A stretch of DNA of 19,983 nt from Vulcanimicrobiales bacterium (GTDB lineage Bacteria; Vulcanimicrobiota; Vulcanimicrobiia; Vulcanimicrobiales; Vulcanimicrobiaceae). The DNA lies in assembly GCA_038215615.1 (NCBI GenBank), contig JBBQQR010000029.1, positions 1 through 19,983 on the forward strand, in the 5' to 3' direction. The notes under the pieces were generated by a model that saw nothing but the letters and a program-made list of their open reading frames with translations, ran no database searches and was not told the origin of the DNA. Of this stretch, positions 1 to 7,905 are shown piece by piece. The position numbers and the translations under genes were made by a program. Numbering within the stretch: the first letter of the stretch is position 1; each line of letters opens with the position of its first letter.

Positions 1-1103
1 ACTTCGTGTGGCTCGACAACCACTTGATGCCGCCCGAAAACGAAGCGGACAAAACGCACGGGGTAAGCGGCGAGCTGTGGTCCGTACATGGCGGCGGATT
101 TTACCACAACCAAAAATACCTTACCGGACCCGTCGGTCAGCCCTTACCGGAAACGCTGCACTGGTTCAAGTGGGAAGCGTACTGGACGTGGTTTAGCGGT
201 ATGGGCATGCTCGCGATCATCTACTGGGTCGGCGCGAGCAACTACCTGATCGATCGTGCGGTCATGAACCTCTCTCCATGGCAAGCGATCGCGATCAGCG
301 TTGCGTCGATCTTCGCGGGCTGGCTGGTCTACGACGCGCTCTGCAAACTGTTGGGGCGCTGGCCGCTTGCGCTCGGCGTCGCCGTCTTCGGTTTCCTCGT
401 TCTCGCCGCTTGGGGATTGTTTCACATCTTCGGAGCGCGTGCTGCGTATATTCACGTCGGCGCGATCATCGGAACGATCATGGTCGCAAACGTTGCGCAC
501 GTCATCATCCCCGGCCAAAAGAGAATGGTCGACGCGATCCGGGCCGGGCGCGTTCCCGATCCTCTGCCCGGACAGCTCGGCAAAATTCGATCGGTCCATA
601 ATACGTACTTTACGTTACCCGTACTCTTCATAATGATCAGCGGTCACTACCCGATGACGTACGAGAATCCGTTCGGCTGGCTGATCCTCGCCGGCATCAG
701 TCTTTCGGGCGTGCTGATGCGCTATGCGTTCATACTCTCGCACAAAGGAAAACTCGTACCGGCTCTGCCCATCGCGGCGTTTGTGATCCTGGCTGTGATC
801 GCCGCGGCGATCATGCCGCGCGGCGGCCGCACGGTCAAACCCGTCGCTTTCGCGCAAGTGCAACCGATCTTCGCGCAGCGTTGTGCAGTGTGCCATTCGG
901 CCCATCCCACGCAACCGGGCTTTGCGACCGCGCCGGCGGGGGTTCTGCTCGATACGCCGCAGCACATCGCGAGCAATGCGCAGCGCGTCTACCAGCAAGC
1001 CGTGGCGTCCCAAGCGATGCCGCTTGGAAACGTGACCGGCATGACGAAAGCCGAACGCGTGCAAATCGCAGGCTGGATAGCCTCAGGAGTGTCACTCAAG
1101 TGA
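1..1103 (+). CDS. puuD: Urate hydroxylase PuuD (membrane protein with C-terminal cytochrome c domain), 5'-truncated
   Basis: Frame is open from nt 3 (FVWLDNHL). Motifs GELWSVHGGGFY, LHWFKWEAYWTW, GTIMVANV, RSVHNTYFTLPVLFIMISGHYP, several TM segments, heme motif CAVCH and distal MPLGNVTGMT. Adjacent to uraH. Confidence 0.93.
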   Translation, partial: FVWLDNHLMPPENEADKTHGVSGELWSVHGGGFYHNQKYLTGPVGQPLPETLHWFKWEAYWTWFSGMGMLAIIYWVGASNYLIDRAVMNLSPWQAIAISVASIFAGWLVYDALCKLLGRWPLALGVAVFGFLVLAAWGLFHIFGARAAYIHVGAIIGTIMVANVAHVIIPGQKRMVDAIRAGRVPDPLPGQLGKIRSVHNTYFTLPVLFIMISGHYPMTYENPFGWLILAGISLSGVLMRYAFILSHKGKLVPALPIAAFVILAVIAAAIMPRGGRTVKPVAFAQVQPIFAQRCAVCHSAHPTQPGFATAPAGVLLDTPQHIASNAQRVYQQAVASQAMPLGNVTGMTKAERVQIAGWIASGVSLK

Positions 1104-1429
1104 TTTCAACTCACGTCCTCGACACGTCGCGCGGCGAGCCCGCCCGCGGCGTAGCCGTGCGGCTTTTTCGCATTGACGGGGACGAGCGAGAATTGCTCGC
1201 TACGGGAGAAACGGATGCCGACGGACGCATCGCTCCGAATTTCGGGGGCGAACTCGAACCCGCAACTTATGTCTTGCTTTTTTCGGCCGGAGCCTATTTT
1301 CAAGCGGCCGGCGTTGCGACGTTTTTCGACGAGATTCCCATCCGTTTTGTCATCGAACGGAGTCCGTGCAAATATCACATTCCGCTTCTGCTAGCGCCTT
1401 TCGGTTACTCCACCTACAGGGGCTCTTAA
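1100..1429 (+). CDS. uraH: 5-hydroxyisourate hydrolase (transthyretin-like)
   Basis: GTG at 1100 overlaps the puuD stop (GTGA). ISTHVLDTSRGEPA, TDADGR, YHIPLLLAPFGYSTYRGS C-terminal signature. 109 aa. The ORF-track start at 881 is an upstream extension. Confidence 0.96.
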   Translation: MISTHVLDTSRGEPARGVAVRLFRIDGDERELLATGETDADGRIAPNFGGELEPATYVLLFSAGAYFQAAGVATFFDEIPIRFVIERSPCKYHIPLLLAPFGYSTYRGS

Positions 1430-1476
1430 GAGGACCTGCCCTAGAGGGGGTTCAATCGGTTGGCCAGGTGGCTTGG

Positions 1477-2688
1477 TTGAAGCGGCACGCAGCGCGCGCA
1501 CGCGCTTGGTTTATGTTGGGCGCGGCTTGTGCTGCCGCCCTGCTAGCGGTTGCCCCGGCTCTCGCACAACGCGCCTCGAATTTTCAGGGCGCGAATTTGC
1601 AAAATGCGAACATGCAGAACGCCAACCTGCAGAACGCCAACCTGCAATCCACCAATCTAAAAAATGCCGACTTGGAAGGCGCAAACTTGCAAGGCGCGCA
1701 CCTGAGCGGCGCAAACCTCGCCGGCGCGCACCTGCGCGGCGCCAACCTGCGCGGCGCGACGCTGATGGGCGCGGATTTGCGCGGCACCGATCTCACCTCG
1801 TCCGACTCGCGCGGCGCAAATTTTCGCGGCGCGAAATTGCAGAGCGTCAACTTGAGAAGCGCCAACCTGTACGGCGCGCATTTGCGCGGCGGAAACCTCC
1901 AGGGCGCTCATCTCTATGATGTGAATATGCAGCGCGCGGATCTGCAGGGCGCAAACCTGAGCGGAGCCTCGCTCCAAGCCGGCAAATTCCAAAGCGCGAA
2001 TCTGCAGAGCGCGAATCTCAATGGGGCAAAACTTCAGGGTGCAAACTTGCAGGGCGCCAACATGCAAGGCGCGCACCTGCAAGGCGCCAACCTGCAATCC
2101 GCGACCATCTACGGAGCGACACTGTATAGCGCCGACATGTCGCGTGCCGACGTTCGCGGAGCTAACCTGCAAAACGCCGACCTCGGACTGGTGAATCTCC
2201 AAGGCGCGAACTTACAGAAAACAAACCTTTACGGCGCCGGCTTGAACGGCGCTAGTCTGCAGCACGCGATCTTTCAAGATGCCAACCTGCAAAACGCCAG
2301 GATGCAAGGCGCCAAGCTGCAAGGCGCCAATTTCAGCGGAGCCACGCTCTACGGAACCGATCTGACCGGCGCCAATATGTACCAAACGAACCTCCAGGGC
2401 GCGAACCTCCAAACCGCCATTCTTCAAAACGCCAACTTGCAAGGCGCGAATCTAGCAAACGCAAATCTTCAAAACGCAAACTTACGCGGGGCAAGTTTGC
2501 TTAACGCTATTCTTCAACATGCAGACCTTCAGGGCGCCGACCTTCAGGGCGCCAATCTGCAAGGCGCGAAGATGCAGAGCGCTAACCTCTACAACCTAAG
2601 CCCGATGCCGGCACCCGCACCGTCGCCTCACACTGTGCCAACCCCGGCGCCGAGCAGTCCCCCGGCGCATACGCGCCTACCTAGATAG
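1477..2688 (+). CDS. Secreted pentapeptide-repeat protein (68 repeats, Pro-rich tail)
   Basis: Signal-peptide-like KRHAARARAWFMLGAACAAALLAVAPALA-Q, then uninterrupted A-[ND]-L-x-x repeats. Start is uncertain (GTG 1468, TTG 1477 after AGGTG, or ATG 1513). Confidence 0.85.
   Translation: MKRHAARARAWFMLGAACAAALLAVAPALAQRASNFQGANLQNANMQNANLQNANLQSTNLKNADLEGANLQGAHLSGANLAGAHLRGANLRGATLMGADLRGTDLTSSDSRGANFRGAKLQSVNLRSANLYGAHLRGGNLQGAHLYDVNMQRADLQGANLSGASLQAGKFQSANLQSANLNGAKLQGANLQGANMQGAHLQGANLQSATIYGATLYSADMSRADVRGANLQNADLGLVNLQGANLQKTNLYGAGLNGASLQHAIFQDANLQNARMQGAKLQGANFSGATLYGTDLTGANMYQTNLQGANLQTAILQNANLQGANLANANLQNANLRGASLLNAILQHADLQGADLQGANLQGAKMQSANLYNLSPMPAPAPSPHTVPTPAPSSPPAHTRLPR
1576..2595 (+). 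repeat. 68 tandem degenerate 15-bp (pentapeptide) coding repeats
   Basis: SNFQG to ANLYN spans 1020 nt = 68 x 15. Register counted by hand with no break. Confidence 0.9.
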
Positions 2689-2696
2689 CGCGCCAA

Positions 2697-4817
2697 ATGA
2701 GGCATCGCTTTTTCGCGGCAGTTGCACTACTGGCCGCGTTTCTCTACGCGCCGGCGTTCGCTCAAACCGCCGCGAGCCTCGTCGGGACAAATATGCAGGG
2801 GAAAAATCTGCAGAATGCGGACCTGCATAACGCCAATCTTCAAAATGCCGATCTGCAAGGTGCGAACTTACAGGGCGCAAATCTGACCGGCGCAAACTTG
2901 CGTGGCGCCAACCTGCTGGGCGCGCACTTAGGATCGGCCAAATTAACCGGCGCGATTTTGCAAAACACCAACCTGCAGCACGCCGACTCCGAAGGCGCCA
3001 ATTACCAGAATGCAAACCTGCAGCAAGCCAACCTGCAAGGCGCGGATCTCCAGAACGCCGTGCTAACCGGCGCCGACTTGTACGGCGCAAACCTTACACG
3101 CGCAAATCTTTTCGGCGCGAATCTGCAGAACGCCAATCTGCAAACGGCAAACCTGCACGGTGCGAACCTTCACAACGCCTCTATGAGGGGCGCGAATCTG
3201 CAGCGCGCCGATCTCCAAAACACGAGTCTTATCGGAACCAACATGACGGGCGCCCAACTCCAGGGCGCGAACCTGCACGGCGCAAAACGCTCGGCTCCGA
3301 GCGCCATCGCGGCGGCCACGCCACCTGCCGCCGCTGCGCCGCTGCCGGGCCCACCGGCGACGCCTCCGAGCATATACTCGACCGGGCCGCGCCCCTATTC
3401 CGCGCCGCCGCGTACCTATTCCGCGCCCCCGCCCGGCCCGGTCGCCACGCAGCCCTCGTTCGGAAATGCGCCGTTCGGACAAGTCCCGATTCTTTTCAAC
3501 GACCACCTCGTGCACACCAATGACGTGCTCAGCCGCGACCGCGTGCTGGCCGCACTCGTCCGCGGGAGCGCCATCCTCGTTCCGCTGCGCGCGATGCTCG
3601 CCCAGATGGGCGGCGCGCAAGTCGCCTACGATGCCACGAGCAGAACGATCGCTATCACGAAGGCGGGCGCGCGCGTCGTCCTGACGCTCGGCGTTCCGCG
3701 CGTCATCGTCAACGACCGGGTTCATCCGCTCGACGTCGCGCCGATGCTGTACGAAGGCGAGATCCTCGTGCCGATCCGCGTGATCTCCGAAGGCCTCGGC
3801 GGATACGTGCAGTGGGTCGCCGACCAGCATGTCGTGGTCGTGCGATATGCGGAGCTCGCGGCGATGCTGCCGCCGACGCCGCCCCCGCCCACGCCCGTTC
3901 CCGCTACGGCGCCGCCCGCCGTGCCGTCAACGCCCACGCCTTCCGCCGCGCGTACACCGGGACCACAAGCTGCGCCGCCGCCCGCGCCGACACCCACCCC
4001 TTCGCCGCCCGCGATCGCGGCAAAGAAACAGGCGCGCCTATTGGCTTCGATCGATTACATGAACGCGCCGAAAGTCTCCGACGAACTGGCGCCCGATCAT
4101 ACGATCGCCAACCAGTCGTTTGGGATTCAAGGCGCGTACGAGTTCGGCCCGAGCAACATGTTCTTGATCCAATTTGACTTGAAGCGCTATCAATTTCCGC
4201 ACGACGCCTTTCAAGACTCGGTGCCCTGCGATCCGGCGCCAACCGGCTGCACGACGGTAAATAGCAGAGGTCAATACCAGACCGGGAACTGTCCGGCACA
4301 CGATCCCGGGTGCGTAACCGCGGTCGCGCCAAACATCGTCGGTGCGCAAATCGGACGCGTGCAGGAATACGTTTCGGCTTTCACGGCCCGGGATACCGAC
4401 GTCGATCTGCGGGCTGCGCTGAAAATTCTTCCGCGCGTGTACGTCGGAACCGGTCTTTACTATAAGCATTACAACTATCTTGGCTACCCCAACATCACCG
4501 GCATTGGCGCAGGTGTTAGCATCATGCCGAACCTTGACAAGCGACTCTCGCTGTTTGCCAGTGCGTGGTACTATCCGAGCGTTACGGGACGCTATACCTA
4601 TCCGGTTTCGCCATTCTTGGGGGGGCTCTCGGGACAAACTGTGCCGTTTGGGTATAGCGTCATCAAATATCGTGCCGGCGGCATTTTTTGGCTCAACGCA
4701 ACGAACCTGTTCTTGGAAGCCGGCTTTGCAGGCGAGTTTTTCAAAGCCAGACTGAACACGCCCATCGACGCTTGGACGAAAGGATCGTTTTTCGGAATCG
4801 GGACACGCTTTCCATGA
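2697..4817 (+). CDS. Secreted multidomain protein: 34 pentapeptide repeats, Pro-rich linker, copper amine oxidase N-terminal (stalk) domain, Pro/Thr linker, probable outer-membrane beta-barrel
   Basis: Signal peptide MRHRFFAAVALLAAFLYAPAFA-Q. Repeats at 2772-3281. ILVPLRAM...VAYD...LDVAPM...ILVPIRVISEGLGGYVQW at about 3483-3848. The C-terminal region has alternating aromatic/Gly strands ending SFFGIGTRFP. Confidence 0.85.
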   Translation: MRHRFFAAVALLAAFLYAPAFAQTAASLVGTNMQGKNLQNADLHNANLQNADLQGANLQGANLTGANLRGANLLGAHLGSAKLTGAILQNTNLQHADSEGANYQNANLQQANLQGADLQNAVLTGADLYGANLTRANLFGANLQNANLQTANLHGANLHNASMRGANLQRADLQNTSLIGTNMTGAQLQGANLHGAKRSAPSAIAAATPPAAAAPLPGPPATPPSIYSTGPRPYSAPPRTYSAPPPGPVATQPSFGNAPFGQVPILFNDHLVHTNDVLSRDRVLAALVRGSAILVPLRAMLAQMGGAQVAYDATSRTIAITKAGARVVLTLGVPRVIVNDRVHPLDVAPMLYEGEILVPIRVISEGLGGYVQWVADQHVVVVRYAELAAMLPPTPPPPTPVPATAPPAVPSTPTPSAARTPGPQAAPPPAPTPTPSPPAIAAKKQARLLASIDYMNAPKVSDELAPDHTIANQSFGIQGAYEFGPSNMFLIQFDLKRYQFPHDAFQDSVPCDPAPTGCTTVNSRGQYQTGNCPAHDPGCVTAVAPNIVGAQIGRVQEYVSAFTARDTDVDLRAALKILPRVYVGTGLYYKHYNYLGYPNITGIGAGVSIMPNLDKRLSLFASAWYYPSVTGRYTYPVSPFLGGLSGQTVPFGYSVIKYRAGGIFWLNATNLFLEAGFAGEFFKARLNTPIDAWTKGSFFGIGTRFP
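2772..3281 (+). repeat. 34 tandem degenerate 15-bp (pentapeptide) coding repeats
   Basis: ASLVG to ANLHG, 510 nt, register unbroken. Confidence 0.88.
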
Positions 4818-5431
4818 AATACATGAAAATCTGGCCGCTGGTCGTCGTCTATCTGCTGGCCGGTTGCGGGTCCAGTGGACCCGCTTTCGCGCCCATCGGA
4901 GGCGGGGGGGCGGCGTGCAACAAGACCAACCTTATCAACAACGGGTTCAATTTCGACTGGTTGTGCTGGGACCGTACGCCTACCGCACCCGGAACGCTGC
5001 CCGGATTCCCCACGTTCACGCTCAAAACGTCAGACCCGTGTGTCCCGTCGCAAAACGGAAATGTGTTTGCGGCGGTCGAGACACCTGCGGGCTCCGCGGG
5101 CTATCTCTCGCAACAATTCATCGATCACGGCGTCCCGCAATCAGTTTCGTTTAGAGTCTGGGGAGGCCAGGACCCCGTCACGGTGTCGGTGGGCATCGTG
5201 TTCCCGACCGGCACTCACATCGGAACCGAGACGATTCTCGATACGTTTACGCCGCCGTCGGTTCAGGCGAGTCCCACCACGTGCACCGGCCTTGGGCCGA
5301 TAACCAAGACCTACTCTTTTTCGCGACCGGACTTTACAACCGGCTCGCTGATCGAAATTCGGTTACACGTGACGTCGAACGGCGTGAACGGGGCCATCGC
5401 AAACTTCGACGACATTACGTCTTCGCCTTAA
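4814..5431 (+). CDS. Putative lipoprotein, possible carbohydrate-binding (jelly-roll) domain
   Basis: ATG at 4814 overlaps the upstream stop (ATGA). MKYMKIWPLVVVYLLAG-C lipobox, Gly linker, NLINNGFN...W start and ANFDDI end reminiscent of galactose-binding-like/CBM folds. Confidence 0.72.
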   Translation: MKYMKIWPLVVVYLLAGCGSSGPAFAPIGGGGAACNKTNLINNGFNFDWLCWDRTPTAPGTLPGFPTFTLKTSDPCVPSQNGNVFAAVETPAGSAGYLSQQFIDHGVPQSVSFRVWGGQDPVTVSVGIVFPTGTHIGTETILDTFTPPSVQASPTTCTGLGPITKTYSFSRPDFTTGSLIEIRLHVTSNGVNGAIANFDDITSSP

Positions 5432-5786
5432 ACGCCGCCCAGCCGCCGAAATCGGAGATGTCTTTGAACCCACGCTCCTCGATGAGCGAACGCGGGTAGA
5501 TCATCGCGCTGACGGTCGAGCCGTCGTCGAGTTCGATTGGCGCCTCGTAGAGATCCGGCGGTTCGCTTTCAAGCAGATGCTCGTGCTGCTCCGGTGTGAA
5601 CTCGTAGAGCTCGCCCGCAATTGAAATGCCGCCGCTTTCGACTTCGTAAATCCCGGGATGCTGATCGCGCACCGAGTGCAACCGGTAGCGCGGCGCGGTA
5701 TGCGCCTCTCCCAAGAATTTCGCTTCGCCTAGGTTCTTGTGATCCGGTTGCCCACGCAGAGCAGAGCCACAGATAAAGAATCGCAT
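5415..5786 (-). CDS. Stand-alone allophanate hydrolase C-terminal-like domain (gamma-glutamylcyclotransferase-like fold)
   Basis: FICGSALRG, TAPRYRL, PGI, SIAGELYE, IELDDGS, DISDFGGWAAF. Start overlaps the upstream stop (TGATG). Confidence 0.75.
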   Translation of the reverse strand: MRFFICGSALRGQPDHKNLGEAKFLGEAHTAPRYRLHSVRDQHPGIYEVESGGISIAGELYEFTPEQHEHLLESEPPDLYEAPIELDDGSTVSAMIYPRSLIEERGFKDISDFGGWAAFKAKT

Positions 5787-6997
5787 CAGATCGAATCAAC
5801 CTCCGCAATCGCGCGAGTAAGTGCTTTAACGCCGAGTTCGAGGTCCGCATCCGCGGTGCTCTCTTGTCCCACGTGACTATGTCCGCCGATACTTGGGACG
5901 AACAGCATCGCGGCCGGCGCGATTTTGGCGATGCACATTGCGTCGTGCCCTGCGCCGCTGGGCACATCGGGCGCCGCCTGACCCATCGCCTCACAGACGC
6001 GATGCAGCGCAGCGCGCAGTCTGTCGTCCATCGGCGTCGGCTTGTGTACGTCGAGTTTTTCCAGCATCACACGCACGCCGCGTTCTTTCGTGACCTTTTC
6101 CGCAGCCGCATGGAAGGCCGCCTCAATGGCTTCCATTTTCGATACGTCGGGCGAGCGATTGTCGATCGAAAAGCTGACGCGCGCCGGAATGACGTTCGTG
6201 CCCCCCGGTTCCACCACGAGCCGGCCGACCGTCACGACGGCTCCGCCCGCCTCTCGCGCGGCCGTTTCCATAGCCAGCACGATCTCGGCCGCGGCGGAAA
6301 GCGCGTCCGCACGCCTGTCCATCGGCACGGTGCCGGCGTGTCCGCTCATTCCTTCCACCACCGCGCGGTAACGAATCTGTCCCGTGATCGCGCTGACGAC
6401 GCCGAGGTGAACCCCGGCTGCTTCGAGCACTGGCCCTTGCTCAACGTGCAATTCCAAATACGCTGCGACGCGCTGTTCGCCGCGCTGCGGCAAATCCAGC
6501 AATCCGCCATCGGATGATGCGAGCGCGTCGGCAAGCGACACGCCCGACTCATCGCGCAGCGCATACGCATCGTCGAGTGACGTCAGCCGCGCGAAAACCG
6601 CGCTGCCCAAACATCCGATCGAAAAACGGCTGCCTTCTTCGCCGACCCATGCGACGGCTTCGACCGGATGGCGCGTCTCGATTCCTTCGCGATCGAGTTG
6701 TTCGAGCGCACAAAGCGCCGCGACAACACCGTACGCGCCGTCATAGGCGCCGCCGGTCGGAACCGTGTCGAGGTGCGAACCGACCAAAATCGGCGCGGCG
6801 GCGGGATCGCTCCCGTTGCGGCGCGCGAAGAGATTGCCGATCGCATCCTGGGTCAGCTGGTAGCCGCTTTCGGTCGCCCATTTTACAAACAGTTCGCGAG
6901 CCTTCCGTTCCTGCGGCGTCGCCAATCCGCGGTTTATGCCGTACTCGTATTTCCCGAACTCGGCCAACTCCGCCAAGCGCCCAACAACGTTACTCAC
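5786..6997 (-). CDS. M20-family Zn/Mn amidohydrolase (allantoate amidohydrolase / N-carbamoyl-amino-acid hydrolase / beta-ureidopropionase type)
   Basis: GTG at 6997 overlaps the puuE stop (GTGA). DAIGNLFAR, GSHLDTVPTGGAYDG, EEGSRF, ELHVEQGPVL, GHAGTVPM, SGAGHDA, GHSH. Confidence 0.9.
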   Translation of the reverse strand: MSNVVGRLAELAEFGKYEYGINRGLATPQERKARELFVKWATESGYQLTQDAIGNLFARRNGSDPAAAPILVGSHLDTVPTGGAYDGAYGVVAALCALEQLDREGIETRHPVEAVAWVGEEGSRFSIGCLGSAVFARLTSLDDAYALRDESGVSLADALASSDGGLLDLPQRGEQRVAAYLELHVEQGPVLEAAGVHLGVVSAITGQIRYRAVVEGMSGHAGTVPMDRRADALSAAAEIVLAMETAAREAGGAVVTVGRLVVEPGGTNVIPARVSFSIDNRSPDVSKMEAIEAAFHAAAEKVTKERGVRVMLEKLDVHKPTPMDDRLRAALHRVCEAMGQAAPDVPSGAGHDAMCIAKIAPAAMLFVPSIGGHSHVGQESTADADLELGVKALTRAIAEVDSI

Positions 6998-7905
6998 GCC
7001 GGCGGGTGCTCCGCAATCCAGTGACGCGCGATGTCGATGCGTCGGCAAACCCATACGCGTTTGTGGTCGAGCACGTAATCTAAGAAGCGCGCGAGCGCGG
7101 CGGCCCGCCCGGGACGGCCGGCGAGGCGCGTATGCAAACCAACGCTCATCATCTTCGGCTGCGTCTTCCCCTCCCGGTACAATACATCGAACGTGTCCTT
7201 CATGTATTCGAAGTAGCCCGACGGCGCCGTGAAGCCGGGCGGAACCGAAAACTTCATGTCGTTGACGTCCAGCGTATAAGGAATGACGAGATGGTTTTTG
7301 CCCGACACCTTCACCCAATACGGCAAGTCGTCGTCGTAGGAGTTTGAATCGTAGAGAAATCCGCCTTCCTCCACAACGAGCCTGCGCGTGTTTTCACTCG
7401 GCGCATACCGGCAGTACCAGCCGTAAGGCCGCTCGCCGATCGTCCGCTCGATCGATTCGACCGCCCGTTTCATCTCGGCCCGTTCCTGCTCTTCGCCCAT
7501 ATCTTGGAAACCGACCCAACGCCATCCGTGCGAACACACCTCGTATCCGGCGTCGCGGATCGCGCGCGCCGCCTCGGGGTTGCGTTCGAGTGCGAGCGCG
7601 GCGCCGAAGACCGTGATCGGAATGTTGCGCTCTTTGAAAATGCGCATCAATCGCCAAAACCCCGCGCGGCTCCCATACTCGTAAACGGACTCGACGATCA
7701 GGTCGCGTTGGTTCGGCCCGAGCGACGCGCCCGGAACCTCGGTCAGGTAGGTCTCCGAATGCTCGTCGCCGTCGGGGATCGAATACTCCGAGCCTTCTTC
7801 GTAATTCATGACGATCTGCACGGCGATCCGGGCGCCGCCCGGCCAGCGCGGATCGGGCGGATTCTCACCGTAACCGATCAGATCGCGCGGATAGTTCGGA
7901 TTCAC
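6994..7905 (-). CDS. puuE: Allantoinase PuuE (polysaccharide deacetylase fold)
   Basis: YPRDLIGYG, WPGGARIAVQIVMNYEEG, ESVYEYGSRAGFWR, HGWRW, YDDDLPYW, PYTLDVNDMKF, MMSVGLHTRLAGRPGR, IARHW. Confidence 0.95.
   Translation of the reverse strand: MNPNYPRDLIGYGENPPDPRWPGGARIAVQIVMNYEEGSEYSIPDGDEHSETYLTEVPGASLGPNQRDLIVESVYEYGSRAGFWRLMRIFKERNIPITVFGAALALERNPEAARAIRDAGYEVCSHGWRWVGFQDMGEEQERAEMKRAVESIERTIGERPYGWYCRYAPSENTRRLVVEEGGFLYDSNSYDDDLPYWVKVSGKNHLVIPYTLDVNDMKFSVPPGFTAPSGYFEYMKDTFDVLYREGKTQPKMMSVGLHTRLAGRPGRAAALARFLDYVLDHKRVWVCRRIDIARHWIAEHPPA

Noticed and set aside
1477..2688. Qnr/MfpA-like DNA-mimic quinolone-resistance protein
   Set aside because: It has a signal peptide, a largely neutral Asn/Gln surface and is much longer. 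A cytoplasmic gyrase-binding role is unlikely.
1576..3281. Periodic DNA that could be taken for a CRISPR array or non-coding tandem repeat
   Set aside because: The 15-bp period varies at synonymous positions, has no unique spacers and is fully explained by pentapeptide coding.
1477..3281. Ice-binding protein hypothesis for the beta-helices
   Set aside because: No regular Thr-x-Thr array is visible, so nothing in the sequence supports it.
3394..3427. 13-bp direct repeat CCTATTCCGCGCC with 21-bp period (YSAPP twice)
   Set aside because: Ordinary slippage duplication in a low-complexity Pro-rich linker.
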